A DNA stretch of 64,000 nucleotides from Myxococcota bacterium (GTDB lineage: Bacteria; Myxococcota_A; UBA796; CAJQPC01), in the NCBI GenBank assembly GCA_036229005.1, contig JAZAMN010000024.1, positions 258,364-322,363 on the forward strand, written 5' to 3'. The notes under the pieces were generated by a model. The model did not search any database. It was given only the letters and a program-made list of their open reading frames with translations, and was not told where the DNA came from. Each line of letters opens with the position of its first letter. Within the stretch, counting starts at the first letter, position 1. Position numbers and translations under genes: made by a program. Positions 28,011 through 37,865 of this stretch are shown in pieces.

Positions 28011-29567
28011 TCAGCCCAGGGTCTTGTCCAGGAGGCCGCGGTTGCCCTGAACGGCGACGCGACGCATGTAGAACTCCAGGCCGCGCAGGCCGCCCAGCTC
28101 GGCGCCTCCGCCAGCCCGCCCGGGGCCGCCGTGGTTCAGGTTGGGGAGCACCATGCCGTGGGGGGTGGCCTGGTCCGCGACCTTGCCGTCCACCCACATG
28201 ACCCGCCCGTTCCAGGCGGCCAGCTCCATGGTGAGCGCGGACCCGAACTTGCGGTCCGAGGTGGCCAGGGTGCTGGCCAGCATGCCCTGCCCCTTGGCGA
28301 CGATGGCCGCAGCCTGCTCCACGCTGCCGTCGTAGACGCACAGGGTGCTCACGGGGCCGAAGACCTCGCGGGCGTGGATGGCGCTGGCCTCCAGGGGGGC
28401 CTCACAGCGCAGCAGGATGGGGCTGGCGAAGGCGCCCACGCCGGGCTCCACGCCCTTGGCGTCGACGGACTCGGGGTCGCCGTAGACGATGCTGGCCTCT
28501 GCGGCGAGCTCGGCCACACCCTTGCGGTAGTCAGCCTGCTGAGCCCGGTCATTGAGGGGGCCCATGCGCACGCCTTCACTGCTGGGGTCACCGATGGTGA
28601 TCCGGGAGAGCTCATCGCCCAGGTCCTCGATCAGGGCATCGGCGAGGTCAACCGGGACCACGACGCGGCGGATGGCCGTGCACTTCTGGCCGGCCTTCTG
28701 GGTCATCTCCAGCACGATGCTGTTGCGCACCCAGTGCCACAGCCCGGAGCCGCGCTCGACGTCCGGGCCGATGACCAGGGCGTTGAGGCTGTCGGCCTCC
28801 ACGTTGATGGGGGTGGAGCCGGCCACGCAGGGGGCCATCGCGCGCAGCTTGGCGCCGGTGTCCGCGGAGCCGGTGAAGGCCACGACGTCCTGGGGACCGA
28901 GCTTCTCCATCAGGTCACCGGGGCTGCCGGCGATGAACTGGAAGACCCCGGGGGGGATGAGCTGGGCCTCGACCAGGACCTTGACCATCTCGTAGGTGAC
29001 CCAGGCGGTGCTGGTGGCGGGCTTGGTGACCACGGGCACGCCGGCCAGGATGGACACGGCGGCCTTCTCGAAGGTGCCCCAGGCGGGGAAGTTGAAGGCG
29101 CCGATGTGCACGGCGGCCCCGCGGGTGGGCACGCGGATGTGCTTGCCGTGGAAGCGGGCCGAGTTGCGGGTGAGCTGCTCGGACTCGCCGTCCACCAGGA
29201 TCTTGGCGTCGCCGAGCTGCTTGCCCAGGTTGGCGTAGTAGCTCAGTGTGCCGGTGGCCCCGTCCACGTCGAACTTGGCGTCGCCGCGGGTGGACCCGCA
29301 GTTGATCATGGCCACGTCCAGCAGGTGCTCGCGGGCCTCGTACAGGGCCTTGGACCACGACTTGAGCAGGGCGCCGCGCTCCGCGAAGGTCAGCGCGCGC
29401 AGGGCCGGGCCACCGATGCTGCGGGCGTGGTCCAGCACGGCCTGCATGTCCATGCCGTTGGAGGAGGTCTCCGCGACGGTCTCGTCGGTGGCGGGGTTCA
29501 CCAGCGCGCGGAAGGGGGCCTGGCCCTCGAACCACTGGTCGAGGACAAAGGAAGAGAGTCGGTTCAC
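28011..29567 (-). CDS. PaaZ-N/BoxD-type CoA-semialdehyde dehydrogenase (ALDH without MaoC domain)
   Basis: AFNFPAWG, FTGSA, EADSLN, GQKCTAIRR, EVFGPV and HGGPGRAGGG.ELGG. Confidence 0.88.
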   Translation of the reverse strand: MNRLSSFVLDQWFEGQAPFRALVNPATDETVAETSSNGMDMQAVLDHARSIGGPALRALTFAERGALLKSWSKALYEAREHLLDVAMINCGSTRGDAKFDVDGATGTLSYYANLGKQLGDAKILVDGESEQLTRNSARFHGKHIRVPTRGAAVHIGAFNFPAWGTFEKAAVSILAGVPVVTKPATSTAWVTYEMVKVLVEAQLIPPGVFQFIAGSPGDLMEKLGPQDVVAFTGSADTGAKLRAMAPCVAGSTPINVEADSLNALVIGPDVERGSGLWHWVRNSIVLEMTQKAGQKCTAIRRVVVPVDLADALIEDLGDELSRITIGDPSSEGVRMGPLNDRAQQADYRKGVAELAAEASIVYGDPESVDAKGVEPGVGAFASPILLRCEAPLEASAIHAREVFGPVSTLCVYDGSVEQAAAIVAKGQGMLASTLATSDRKFGSALTMELAAWNGRVMWVDGKVADQATPHGMVLPNLNHGGPGRAGGGAELGGLRGLEFYMRRVAVQGNRGLLDKTLG

Positions 29568-29583
29568 GGTCGTCTCCAGTCGG

Positions 29584-30990
29584 TCAGTCCTTGAGGACCA
29601 GGTAGCCAGCCACCAGCATCAGCGGGATGGGGAAGAGGTAGAGCTGCAGGAAGGGGTTCCCGGTGGGCCACCACCGCGTGTAGCGGGCCGAGAAGCTCAG
29701 GGGCATGGGGTAGGGGGCGCCCGTGGCGTCGGGCTCCACGCGCAGGCCGCGCACGCTCTCTTCGAAGGCGTCCAGCATGGCGGTCTCGCCGACGGGTGCG
29801 ATGGCCATGCAGGTCAGCCCGACGTCGGCGTAGGCCGTGTAGAAGATCGAGGCCTCGTAGGGCTCGGCGTAGACGTCCCCCGGTACGCGCCAGAGGTAGG
29901 CGTCGCGCTTGGGCTCCAGCTCGAAGAAGGCCAGCTCGCCTTCTCCGGTGGCGTGGAAGGCCTTGTCGTAGTCGTCGGAGAAGTCGTAGGTCTTCTCCTC
30001 GCCGTGGGCGGTGATCTTGGCCTGACCGGCGCTGGAGAAGGCCCGGGCCCAGGTCTTGAAGTTCTCCCCGTTCTCGGGGGACTTGGCGGGATCCAGGATC
30101 TCCAGGGGGCCACCAGACTCGGCGCGGCACTTGAAGGCGTCCACCTCGTAGAGGCGGTCGGTGCGCACGACGTTCAGGCGGCTGAGCTTGCCGCTGAACT
30201 CGCCCCCCGCGATGCGGCCGCTGGCGACCAGGGAGCGCTCGCCCTCGGACAGGGTGCGCAGGCCCTCCGGCAGGGTCAGGGTGTAGCCGGCGTCGGTGGT
30301 GACGGTTCCGGTGAGGCCCTGCTCTGCGGGGTCGAAGGGGGGCTCGGTGACCATCAGCATGTCCAGGACCTCGCCGGAGATCTCGTGGACGCGCTCCAGG
30401 CTCTCGGAGGACTCGACCTCCATCACCACCACGTGGTCCTGGATGGCGAAGATCACCAGCCCGTAGGCCAGATCCCGCTCCAGGAAGCCGTCCCAGACGT
30501 GGAAGTTCAGGAACTGGACGGGGCCGACCTTGGGGTGCTCGACCAGCTCCCACTCACCCAGGGTGAAGTCCAGCTCGGCCTGCTCGTCGTCCTTGAGCTC
30601 CAGGACCTCGCTGAGCTGCTCGCCGTCCAGGGCGCGGATGTCCGACTGGAAGTTGGTCGCCCGGAAGCGCACGTTGGTGTACGCCTCCGATGCGCGCATG
30701 CTCAAGCGCACCACGCTGGTGGAGTCCTTGGCGGTCCAGCGCCAGCGGGGGGGCTCTCCGACCGGGGGCTGCGGGACCGCGACGTCCAGCATCAGACCGG
30801 GGATGTTGACCAGGGAGGGAGGAGGAGGTGGCTCGGCGTCCGGGCTGGGCTCCTCCACCTCTTGGGGCTGGTCCGGCTCTTCAGCTTGGGTCCAAGCTGG
30901 CAGCGCAGCGAGGTCAGGGACGTTGGGCTGAGGGGCTTCTTCCTGCGCGAGGGCAGGCTGGGCCAGGGACAACAGGAAGGTAAGCAGCAT
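29584..30990 (-). CDS. Hypothetical exported protein with C-terminal membrane anchor
   Basis: Signal peptide (AQPALA), Pro/Glu linker, C-terminal TM; strong codon bias. Confidence 0.75.
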   Translation of the reverse strand: MLLTFLLSLAQPALAQEEAPQPNVPDLAALPAWTQAEEPDQPQEVEEPSPDAEPPPPPSLVNIPGLMLDVAVPQPPVGEPPRWRWTAKDSTSVVRLSMRASEAYTNVRFRATNFQSDIRALDGEQLSEVLELKDDEQAELDFTLGEWELVEHPKVGPVQFLNFHVWDGFLERDLAYGLVIFAIQDHVVVMEVESSESLERVHEISGEVLDMLMVTEPPFDPAEQGLTGTVTTDAGYTLTLPEGLRTLSEGERSLVASGRIAGGEFSGKLSRLNVVRTDRLYEVDAFKCRAESGGPLEILDPAKSPENGENFKTWARAFSSAGQAKITAHGEEKTYDFSDDYDKAFHATGEGELAFFELEPKRDAYLWRVPGDVYAEPYEASIFYTAYADVGLTCMAIAPVGETAMLDAFEESVRGLRVEPDATGAPYPMPLSFSARYTRWWPTGNPFLQLYLFPIPLMLVAGYLVLKD

Positions 30991-31216
30991 GAGGATCCGC
31001 GTGGATTCTTGGCACAGGTCGGGCAGCCTAACCTGATCCGGCAAGGATCTGGGGCGGATCACCCCCTCAAGGCTTTGTCAGCCTTTCGACCTGCTTGGAA
31101 AGTCCGCTTTCAGCCGGAATTAACGCTGTTGTGTCTGAGAAGGGTCAGCCTGTCCTCGTTTGTGGATAGAGGCCAGTGATAGCGTTTGACCAGGACGATC
31201 TGGATTGGAGTGCCCC

Positions 31217-32749
31217 ATGACCTTCCGACACCTCGCAGCCCTCTCCCTCCCCCTGCTCCTGGCGGCCTGTGCCACCGAGACGGCAGATGGGTCGCTGGTT
31301 CTGGAGGACGGTGAGCTCTACCTCCCCCTGGGCGAGGACGCCTCCCTGCAGTGGGACGATCCGAGCTACCGGCCGGACGTGGATCGCTGGGCGCCCAACG
31401 GCACGCCTGTGAGCATCCCCCTGGGCTCCACCAACGCCTTCAACGTCACCGACGCCACCTGGAAGGGCGAGTCCGACAACGACCAGCTTGGGATCAGCGT
31501 GGCCGCCGTGGGAGACCTGAACGCAGACGGGCTGGAGGACATGGCGATGGGGTCGCTGTGGGCCTCGGGCACGGCGGAGGGCGACGGCGCCGCCTACATG
31601 AACCGGGCCTCCTACAAGGACGGCAACTACCGCGCGGACGCCTCCAAGGGCCGCTGGTACGGCGAGAGCGGCTCCGCGGCGGGTGAGCAGGTCGCGGGCG
31701 GCGGCGACGTCGACGGTGACGGCCAGGACGACTTCCTGATCGGCGCCAAGACCCACGAGCACGCGACGGACGCCTGGAAGACCAAGGCGGGCGCGGCCTG
31801 GCTCGTGTTCGGCTTCGACCGCGGCAAGAACACCCTGCCCAGCGGCGCGACCATGCTCGAGGGCACCAAGGCCTACGAGTTCGCCGGCGTCGGCGTGGAC
31901 ATCGCAGGAGACCTGAACGGGGACGGCTACGCGGACATCCTCGTGGGCGCCTCTGGAGCGGACACCAACGGCGCGGAGTCGGGCTGCGTCTACATCATCA
32001 ACGGCCCGGTCACCGCGGACATGAGCCTGGCGGACGCGGACGGGGAGGTCGGCGGTGAGAACGCCGGTGATGGCATCGGCTCCCGCGTCGTCGGCCTGGG
32101 GGACATCGACGGGGACGGCATCGACGACTTCGCGGTGGGCGCCCGAAACGAGGGCAGCAACGGCGAGAACGCGGGCGCGGTCTACGTGATCACCTCGGGG
32201 ACCCTGCCGGCCACCGTCGCTGACGCCGACATCATCCTGCGCGGCAACAAGGAGGACTCCAACGGAGGCTCCGCCCTCTCCGAGGCGGGCGACCTGGATG
32301 GCGACGGCACCGCCGACTACCTGGTCGGCGCCCTGGGCCACAACGGCTTCGGTGCGGCCTACGTCATGCAGGGCAGCGTCACCAGCGGCAAGCTGGGTGA
32401 GGTCGCCTACGCGCGCTTCACGGGGCAGCTCGCCGGGGACCAGTTCGGCTCCTCCCTCACCTCGGGCGATGTGGACGGCGACGGCAACGAGGACGTGGTG
32501 GTCGGCGCCAACCGCCAGGGCACCAACGACCGCGGGGCCGTCTACGTGTTCGCGGGGCCGGTCTCCGGCTCGGTCCAGGCCTACGAGGCGGCGTCCAAGA
32601 TCAGCGGGGTCGCGGCCAGCGACTACTTCGGCTCCAGCGTGGACTTCGCCGAGAACACCCGCGTGGACGGCAAGGACAGCCTGATCGTCGGGGCCAGCGC
32701 CCGCGGCACCACGGACAAGGGCGCGGTCTACTTCTTCCTGGTCCCCTGA
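31217..32749 (+). CDS. FG-GAP (integrin-alpha-like) beta-propeller lipoprotein
   Basis: LAAC lipobox; repeated GDxxGDGxxDxxxGA...GAxY. Confidence 0.9.
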   Translation: MTFRHLAALSLPLLLAACATETADGSLVLEDGELYLPLGEDASLQWDDPSYRPDVDRWAPNGTPVSIPLGSTNAFNVTDATWKGESDNDQLGISVAAVGDLNADGLEDMAMGSLWASGTAEGDGAAYMNRASYKDGNYRADASKGRWYGESGSAAGEQVAGGGDVDGDGQDDFLIGAKTHEHATDAWKTKAGAAWLVFGFDRGKNTLPSGATMLEGTKAYEFAGVGVDIAGDLNGDGYADILVGASGADTNGAESGCVYIINGPVTADMSLADADGEVGGENAGDGIGSRVVGLGDIDGDGIDDFAVGARNEGSNGENAGAVYVITSGTLPATVADADIILRGNKEDSNGGSALSEAGDLDGDGTADYLVGALGHNGFGAAYVMQGSVTSGKLGEVAYARFTGQLAGDQFGSSLTSGDVDGDGNEDVVVGANRQGTNDRGAVYVFAGPVSGSVQAYEAASKISGVAASDYFGSSVDFAENTRVDGKDSLIVGASARGTTDKGAVYFFLVP

Positions 32750-33058
32750 TCGCCGCGGGCCGGATCCCCAGAGGGATCGGGGGAGTACAACGGCGCTGAT
32801 CGGGCCCCCGATCCGGGGGGCCTGGGTGCCCGTGGGGGGCGCCTATCAGTGATGTGAAAGGATTACGCGGATCCTGACTGGATCGGCATCGACGGGCCCC
32901 CGTGTCACCTTGGGGTTGACACGCCTATTGCGGGCCCAATGGACATCAGGTCAACCTGGAATCAGCGCCCGGGACGACCAAGCGTCTCAAGTCTGGGTGC
33001 CCCAGTGCCGTCCTGCCTGTTGAAGGCCTGCGCGGCCACATCCTCTCGGAGATCCCCC

Positions 33059-34630
33059 ATGTCCAAGTTCTCTCTGCCCCTGCTCTTCGGCGGTCTCGGC
33101 CTGCTCTCCGCCTGCGCGGTGGAGCCCATGGAGCTGGATGCTCCCGGCCAGGCCATCGCCGACGATGAGGCCATCGAGCCCTTGACCTCGGAGGACCTCA
33201 GCACCGCCTGGGACGACCCCGACTACCGCAGCGATGTGGATCGGTGGGCCCCGAACGGCACGCCCATCGCGATCCCTCTCGGGACCAACGTCGGCGCGAA
33301 CCTGGCCCGGACCTCCTGGCAGGGAGAGGGCGCCTCGTGGAACCTGGGCATGAGCGTCGCCGCGATCGGTGACCTGAACGGCGACCTCCGCTCCGAGGTG
33401 GCCGCGGGTGCGAACGCCAGCGGGAACGGCGCGGCCTACTTCGACAAGGGCCGCTTCACCGCAGGCTCCTTCCGCGTGGACGGCGTCAAGGGGCGCTGGT
33501 ACGGCGAGAGCGGCGCGGTGTCCCAGCAGGTCGCTGGCTACGCCTACCGCCGGGAGATGACGCTCCAGGAGGACGGGGACCTGAACGGCACGGCAGGGAA
33601 CGAGTTCCTGATCGGCGCGCGGAGCTGGGACCACGACACCGACACCTGGAAGGTGAACGCCGGCGCGGCCTACATCGCGACCTGGGCCGACCGGGGCAAC
33701 AACACCCTCCCCGCTGCGGCCATCCGCATCGCAGGCGCCACCGCCAACGACTTCGCGGGCGCGGGCCTGGACATCGTGGGTGACATCGACGGCGACGGCA
33801 ACGCGGACGTCCTGGTTGGCGCCCCCGGTGCGGATGAGAACGGCACCGACTCCGGCACCGTCTACCTGCTCAGCGGCCCCATCACGGCGGACATGGATCT
33901 GGCCGATGCCACCGACTACGTCGGCGGTGAGGTCGCGGGCGATGGACTCGGCGCGCGGGTAGCCGGCATCGGCGACTTTGACGGCGACGGCCTGGCCGAC
34001 ATCGCCCTGGGCGCTCGAAACCAGGATCACGACGGAAAGACCGACAACGGCTCCGTCTACATCGTCACGCAGACCGACCTCCCGGCCAGCCTGGACAACG
34101 CCGACATCACCCTGCGCGGCAACCTGGACGCCAGCGAGGCCGGCAACCAGCTCGCGGAGACCGGCGACTTCAACGGCGACGGCTACGACGACTTCCTGGC
34201 CGGCGCCTTGGGGCACGGCGGACGCGGCGCCGCCTACCTGATCCTGGGCAACAACACGACCACCGGCGCCATCGGCGCGCAGGCGGACATCAAGTTCAGC
34301 GGGCAGCTCGTCGGTGACCAGTTCGGCGCGGGCCTGGCGGCCGGTGACGTAGACCGCGATGGCACCCCCGACATCATCGTCTCCGCCAACCGCCAGGGGA
34401 GCAACGATCGCGGCGCGGTCTACGTGTTCCTCGCGCCCACCTCGGGCAGCAGCTACAGCGCGGCGACCGACGCGGACATCAAGATGGTGGGCTCAGCCTC
34501 TGACGACCGCTACGGAAGCTGGATCGACGTCGTCGAGAACGAGGACACCCTCTTCCGCGATGTCCTGGTCGTCGGCGCCAGCCGCCGCGGCAGCAACAAC
34601 AAGGGCAGCGTCTACCTCTACGAGTTCTGA
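33059..34630 (+). CDS. FG-GAP beta-propeller lipoprotein (tandem paralog)
   Basis: LSAC lipobox; colinear with the previous gene. Confidence 0.9.
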   Translation: MSKFSLPLLFGGLGLLSACAVEPMELDAPGQAIADDEAIEPLTSEDLSTAWDDPDYRSDVDRWAPNGTPIAIPLGTNVGANLARTSWQGEGASWNLGMSVAAIGDLNGDLRSEVAAGANASGNGAAYFDKGRFTAGSFRVDGVKGRWYGESGAVSQQVAGYAYRREMTLQEDGDLNGTAGNEFLIGARSWDHDTDTWKVNAGAAYIATWADRGNNTLPAAAIRIAGATANDFAGAGLDIVGDIDGDGNADVLVGAPGADENGTDSGTVYLLSGPITADMDLADATDYVGGEVAGDGLGARVAGIGDFDGDGLADIALGARNQDHDGKTDNGSVYIVTQTDLPASLDNADITLRGNLDASEAGNQLAETGDFNGDGYDDFLAGALGHGGRGAAYLILGNNTTTGAIGAQADIKFSGQLVGDQFGAGLAAGDVDRDGTPDIIVSANRQGSNDRGAVYVFLAPTSGSSYSAATDADIKMVGSASDDRYGSWIDVVENEDTLFRDVLVVGASRRGSNNKGSVYLYEF

Positions 34631-35265
34631 TCCGGAGGGTCCTGCTCCGGCGCGTCCTGCTCCGGCTGGATCCCCGCGTAGAACAAGCCCGCGAGCTCAA
34701 GCACGGCCCCCGTCCTCTCCAGGCGGGGGTCGTCCTGCATCCAGGCCCAGAGCATGCGCTCGCTGGCCCCCACGATCGCCAGCGCCGAGGCCACGCTGCT
34801 GTGCCGCCGCACCAGCCCGCGCTCCTGGGCCATCTCCAGGATCCCCACGGTCTGCGCCTCGATCTGGTGGGTCCAGCGCGCCGACTCCTGGCCCGGGAAC
34901 CCTGCGGCTCGGGAGCAGGAGAAGTGCAAGGGGAGGAAGGGGCGGGCCCGCTCCAGGACACCGGCCAGCTCAACGCTCATCACCACAAAGCGCTCTCGCA
35001 GCTCTGGTCGGCTCTGGGCGCCAGCGAGGACCTGCGCCTGATGACGGAGCGCCTCCACCAGCGGGCCGTAGAGGGCCTCCAGCAGCGCCCGCAGCAGGGC
35101 CTGCTTGTCGTCGAAGTACAGGTAGAAGGTGCCGCGGGCGATGCCGCAGGCGGCGGCGATCTTCTCGACGGAGCAGCGCTCGTAGCCCTGCTCCAGCATG
35201 AGCGTCCGTCCCGCCTCCAGGATGGCGGCCCGGCGCGCAGCGCGCTTTTCCTCACGGAGTCCCAT
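34618..35265 (-). CDS. TetR/AcrR family regulator
   Basis: ILEAG...GYERCSVEKIAAACGIARGTFYLYFDDK. Confidence 0.93.
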   Translation of the reverse strand: MGLREEKRAARRAAILEAGRTLMLEQGYERCSVEKIAAACGIARGTFYLYFDDKQALLRALLEALYGPLVEALRHQAQVLAGAQSRPELRERFVVMSVELAGVLERARPFLPLHFSCSRAAGFPGQESARWTHQIEAQTVGILEMAQERGLVRRHSSVASALAIVGASERMLWAWMQDDPRLERTGAVLELAGLFYAGIQPEQDAPEQDPPDQNS

Positions 35266-35274
35266 GCCGGTCGC

Positions 35275-35291
35275 CTAACCCACCCGGTTAG
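35275..35291. promoter_or_regulatory. Putative TetR operator
   Basis: Inverted repeat CTAACC-N5-GGTTAG in the 35-bp gap between divergent genes. Confidence 0.5.
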
Positions 35292-35300
35292 CCCCAGTCT

Positions 35301-36048
35301 GTGAGTTCCACCCACCAGCGCCTGCGCACCCTCGGCTACCTGCTCGATAGACACGACCAGTGGGTGCTCCCCCACCTGGGCCTGCGCCTGGAGGACCCCG
35401 AGCTGCTGCTGTCGGTGTCGGAGTCCGAGCTGGAGGCCTTCCACGACCCGGAGACCTGGCTGCAGCTCCCCGGAGAGCCAGCACCCAGCCTGGAGCCGGA
35501 GCTGAGCCGCACCCTGCGGAGCCTGGAGCTGCGCTGGGACTCCCACCTGGCCGCCTACGACAACGGCAGCGGTGCCTGGCTGCGCGAGGACCAGGTGCGC
35601 TCGCTGGGGAGCGCCGGTCTCACGGAGCTGGTGGAGCGGGGGCGCGCCTGGGAGCGCAAACACCTGCGCCGCAAGCAGGTCGGCTGCCTGGGCCTGGTCC
35701 TGATGGTCCTCTGGCTGATCGCCGGCTGGATCGCCGGGCTGGAGGCCTGGCTGGGCGGCATGATGCTGATCGCCGGCGTCGCCCTGGCCATGCGCCCCCG
35801 CAGCGCCCCCGAGGGCCTCTGGGACCCGGCGGACACCGAGCTGCTGGCCCACGCGCTGGACGCCAGCGAGTCCGGAGTGGGCGGAGCTCATCTCCCCGCT
35901 CGGGGCGATCCCCGCCGGGCCGGACGCACTCTACCTGCTGTCCATCGAACGCGGAGTCCGCATCGACGCGCTGCAGGAGCGCTTCTCCCCGCAGGGCCTG
36001 AGCGCCATCCTGGACTGCCTCTCCGCCATCGACCCGGAGATGGAATAG
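35301..36048 (+). pseudogene. Hypothetical membrane protein gene interrupted by a frameshift near 35870
   Basis: Coding-like GC3 bias switches to the +1 frame (PEWAELISPLG...DPEME, stop 36046-36048), which has no start codon of its own. Confidence 0.6.
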
Positions 36049-36085
36049 CCTTGCGCCCACCCACGAATCCCCCCTTGGAGGCCCC

Positions 36086-36544
36086 ATGCGCAGCATCATG
36101 AAGCAGATGGTCCAGATCGATCAGGCCGTCGGCCACGCCCTCGTCCACGCCATGCGGGAGGTCGCCCAGTCCGACGGCGAGCACCCGCGTGAGATGATGC
36201 TCATCGCCTCCTTCGAGGAGGAGCTCTCCGGCGACGCCCACGAGGGCCCCGTGGACCTGAGCGTGGTGAACACCCCCGCCCTCAAGGAGGCCTTCGTCAA
36301 GTCCCTGGTCCTGGTGGCCTTCGCGGACATGAGCCTGGGCGAAGAGGAGATGGAGGTCGTGCGCCGCTACGCCATGCAGCTCGGCATGGGCGAGCGTGAG
36401 GTCTCCCGCGCCATCAGCGATGTCGCCGCCGCCCTGCTCTCCAACCTGGCTGGGGTCAAGCAGAGCCGCGCGCAGGTCGAGGCCCTGGGCCGCGCCATGG
36501 GCCTGGATCAGTTCACGATCGACGAGGTCCTGGGCGCCCAGTGA
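36086..36544 (+). CDS. TerB-like helical protein
   Basis: VAQSDG and VAFADMSLGEEE...YAMQLG TerB-type repeats; GGAGG SD. Confidence 0.7.
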   Translation: MRSIMKQMVQIDQAVGHALVHAMREVAQSDGEHPREMMLIASFEEELSGDAHEGPVDLSVVNTPALKEAFVKSLVLVAFADMSLGEEEMEVVRRYAMQLGMGEREVSRAISDVAAALLSNLAGVKQSRAQVEALGRAMGLDQFTIDEVLGAQ

Positions 36545-37209
36545 AGGACCTGCTGGACCGCATCCAGGACAGCGCCCGGCAGGCCTACGCCGAGGGCATG
36601 CCCATCGACACCCCGGTCTACGAAGAGGCCGCGCTGGACCCCACCACCCCCGTGCTTCTGGGCACGGGCACGCTCAGCGCCCGCATCGGCGTGTTCGGCC
36701 GGGACCCCGGGCGCAACGAGGTGCTGGAGCGCGAGCCCTTCATCGGCAAGGGCGGCCAGCTCATCCGGGCGGGCCTGCACCGGGCCCAGTTCGGCCGGGA
36801 GCCCGAGAGCGCCGAGGACTTCCTGCGCGCCGGGCAGTCCGTGTTCTGGGGCAACACCGTCCCCTACAAGCCCACCGGCAACAAGGCCTGGTCGGTCAAG
36901 ATCAAGCGCCGCTTCCTGCCCCACATCCAGGAGCTCCTGGTGGAGCGCTGGGAGGGCGCGGACCTGCTCACCTGCGGTAACGTCGCGTTCGAGTGGTTCG
37001 GCCTGGCCGACAAGTCCCTCAAGCCGGCGCTCAAGGAGTTCTGGGGCCGCCCGGATCGCTACGAGTCCGTGCTGGAGCTGAAGCTCGCCGGCAAGGCCTT
37101 CCGTTTGCATCCGCTGCCGCACCCCAGCCCCCTGAACGCCACCTGGTACAAGCGCTTCCCCGAGCTGCTCGACAAGCGCCTCCAGGCCCTGGACTGGACC
37201 GGCGCTTGA
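36541..37209 (+). CDS. Uracil-DNA glycosylase superfamily protein
   Basis: GRDPGRNE...PFIGKGG, NTVPYKP and HPSPLN. Confidence 0.85.
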   Translation: MKDLLDRIQDSARQAYAEGMPIDTPVYEEAALDPTTPVLLGTGTLSARIGVFGRDPGRNEVLEREPFIGKGGQLIRAGLHRAQFGREPESAEDFLRAGQSVFWGNTVPYKPTGNKAWSVKIKRRFLPHIQELLVERWEGADLLTCGNVAFEWFGLADKSLKPALKEFWGRPDRYESVLELKLAGKAFRLHPLPHPSPLNATWYKRFPELLDKRLQALDWTGA

Positions 37210-37865
37210 CCCGCATCGGCCCCATCCTCCAGGCCTGCGTGCGCATCGTCCAGGCGCACTGGCAGGCCCTGCTCAGGCCCACTCTGGTGCTCGCCGGGGT
37301 CGTCCTGGTGATGGGCATGCTCATCGGCACCGCCGTGATCCTGGGCGTGCTCTCCGGCGCCGATGTGCTCCAGGGCCCCGGCTTCTGGCCGGTCGCCGCT
37401 GGGCTCTTCTTCGTGGGCCGCATCATCTCCGCCCCCTTCGAGATCTGGTGGCTGAGGCACCTGCAGGCCGCCATGTCCGGCAACGACCGCGCCCTGGTCC
37501 AGATCAGCGGCCGCGAGTTCATCGAGTCCCTGCTGCTCGAGGCCATCCGCGCCCCCGTGGTGACCGCGGGCTTCCTGATGTGCATCCTCCCCGGCCTCTT
37601 CCTGCGCCCGATGCTCTTCCTGCCTGAGAGCGCACTGGCCCGGGGACACGGCCTGCGGGAGTCCTTCCAGCGCGCCTTCGACCTGATGCGCACCCGCTTC
37701 CAGGACGTGGTCATCACCGACTTTCTGCTGGTGCTGAGCTGCGCGGCCCTCCAGCTCATCCCGGTCATCGGCTACCTGCTGATCCTCCCCGCTCTGCTCC
37801 TGGGCCGCTACGTGCTCTACCTGGACCTCAGCGGCGAGATCCCGGCCGAGGAGCTGGCTGCCTGA
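37206..37865 (+). CDS. Hypothetical polytopic membrane protein
   Basis: TTGA overlap; TM helices, GFLMCILPG and IPVIG. Confidence 0.7.
   Translation: MTRIGPILQACVRIVQAHWQALLRPTLVLAGVVLVMGMLIGTAVILGVLSGADVLQGPGFWPVAAGLFFVGRIISAPFEIWWLRHLQAAMSGNDRALVQISGREFIESLLLEAIRAPVVTAGFLMCILPGLFLRPMLFLPESALARGHGLRESFQRAFDLMRTRFQDVVITDFLLVLSCAALQLIPVIGYLLILPALLLGRYVLYLDLSGEIPAEELAA

Noticed and set aside
26619..29594. 991-aa plus-strand ORF
   Set aside because: Antisense shadow of the DHS-like and ALDH genes
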